A stretch of DNA of 63,445 nucleotides, filler included, from Chiloscyllium plagiosum (taxonomy: Eukaryota): NCBI RefSeq assembly GCF_004010195.1. It is 3 parts of one record of this genome, joined end to end, with 100 filler letters (N's around TTAATTAATTAA, not from the genome) between each part and the next. Parts side by side here need not be neighbours in the genome. Positions count along the whole stretch, not along the records: positions 45,287 to 63,445 come from NC_057712.1; 2 more parts are not named here. One strand, written 5' to 3'. The translations under genes and the position numbers were made by a program. This document shows positions 62,332 through 63,445 of this stretch, in pieces. The stretch's first letter is position 1; each line of letters begins with the position of its first letter. Below the pieces are notes generated by a model that saw nothing but the letters and a program-made list of their open reading frames with translations, did no database searches and was not told the origin of the DNA.

Positions 62332-63445
62332 GCACTCCCTCAATAGCCAGAATATCTTTCCTCAAATTTGGAGACCAGAACTGCACACAATACTCCAGTG
62401 TGGTCTCACCAGGGCCCTTAACAGCTGCAGAAGAACCTCTTTGCTTCTATACTCAATCCCTCTTGTTATGAAGGCCAGCATGCTATTAGCCTTCTTCACT
62501 ACCTGCTGTACCTGCATGCTTACCTTCATTGACTGGTGTACAAGAACTCCCAGATCTCTTTGTACTGCCCCTTTACCAAACTTTATTCCATTTAGGTAGT
62601 AATCTGCCTTCCTGTTCTTGCCACCAAAGTGGATAATCATACATTTATCCACATTACACTGCATCTGCCATGCATCTGACCACTCACCTAACCCGTCCAG
62701 GTCACCCTGTAATCTCCTAACATCCTCCTCACATTTCACCCTACCACCCAGCTTAGTACCATCTTCTATATCATTAATATATATTGTAAAAAGCTGCGGT
62801 CCCAGCACTGATCCCTGCGGTACCCCACTGGTCACTGCCTGCCATTCCGAAATGGAGCCGTTTATCGCTACTTTTTGCTTCCTGTCAGCCAGCCAACTTT
62901 CAATCCAAGTTAGTACTTTGCCCCCAATACCATGCGTCCTAACTTTGCTCACTAACCTCCTATGTGGGACTTTCTGAAAATCAAGGTACACTACATTTAC
63001 TGGATATCCCTCGTATATCTTCAGAGTTACATCCTCAAAAATTCCAGAAGATTAGTCAAGCATGATTTCCCCTTCATAAATCTATGCTGACTCTGACCTA
63101 TCCTGTTACTTCTATCCAGATGTGTCGTAATTTATAATAGACTCCAGCATCTTTCCCACCACTGAAGTCAGACTAACTGGTCTATAATTTCCTGCTTTCT
63201 CTCTCCCACCTTTCTTAAAAAGTGGTACAACATTAGCCACCCTCCAATCCGCAGGAACTGATTCTGAATCTATCGAACTCTGGAAAATGATCACCAATGC
63301 ATTCACGATTTCTCGAGCCACCTCCTTCAGTACCCTGGGATGTAGACCATCAGGCCCCGAGGACTTATCAACTTTCAGACCTAACAGTCTCTCCAACACC
63401 AATTCCTGGCAAATATAAATTCCCTTAAGTTCAGGTCCTTCAGCC

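Larger units (their letters stand above)
61632..63445 (-). mobile_element. Young CR1 LINE ORF2 (RT) to 3' end, continues beyond the right edge
   Basis: [33 protein letters not shown] and FFTQRVV motifs; tail TAGACAA. Confidence 0.95.

Overview
Repeat-dominated, CpG-depleted vertebrate DNA, almost certainly from a shark or ray: it carries many HE1-type V-SINEs sharing a 3' tail with CR1 LINEs, plus DeuSINE copies. Most of the window is nested retroelement debris: CR1 LINEs (including an ORF1 with an SGNH esterase domain), Rex1, tRNA-headed SINEs and Penelope-like elements (PLEs) with RT/GIY-YIG remnants. There is also a hAT (Charlie/SPIN-like) transposase fossil, a 23-bp minisatellite, and a CpG-rich heptamer array that appears to have grown out of a CR1 3' tail. 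No intact gene is visible; two weak minus-strand exon candidates (16669-16865, 5292-5390) could belong to an unidentified host gene. The strongest signal is more than 20 minimal type-I hammerhead ribozyme motifs (CUGANGA-N-stem II-GAAA with a palindromic ACGU/AGCU stem III) from at least four PLE families, labelled A-D here. They sit mostly in 100-250 bp single-arm or fold-back mini-elements flanked by 7-16 bp target-site duplications. Two 100-bp N44-TTAATTAATTAA-N44 spacers are assembly artefacts, so contiguity across them is not assured. All assignments are by eye, without database searches; element boundaries are approximate.
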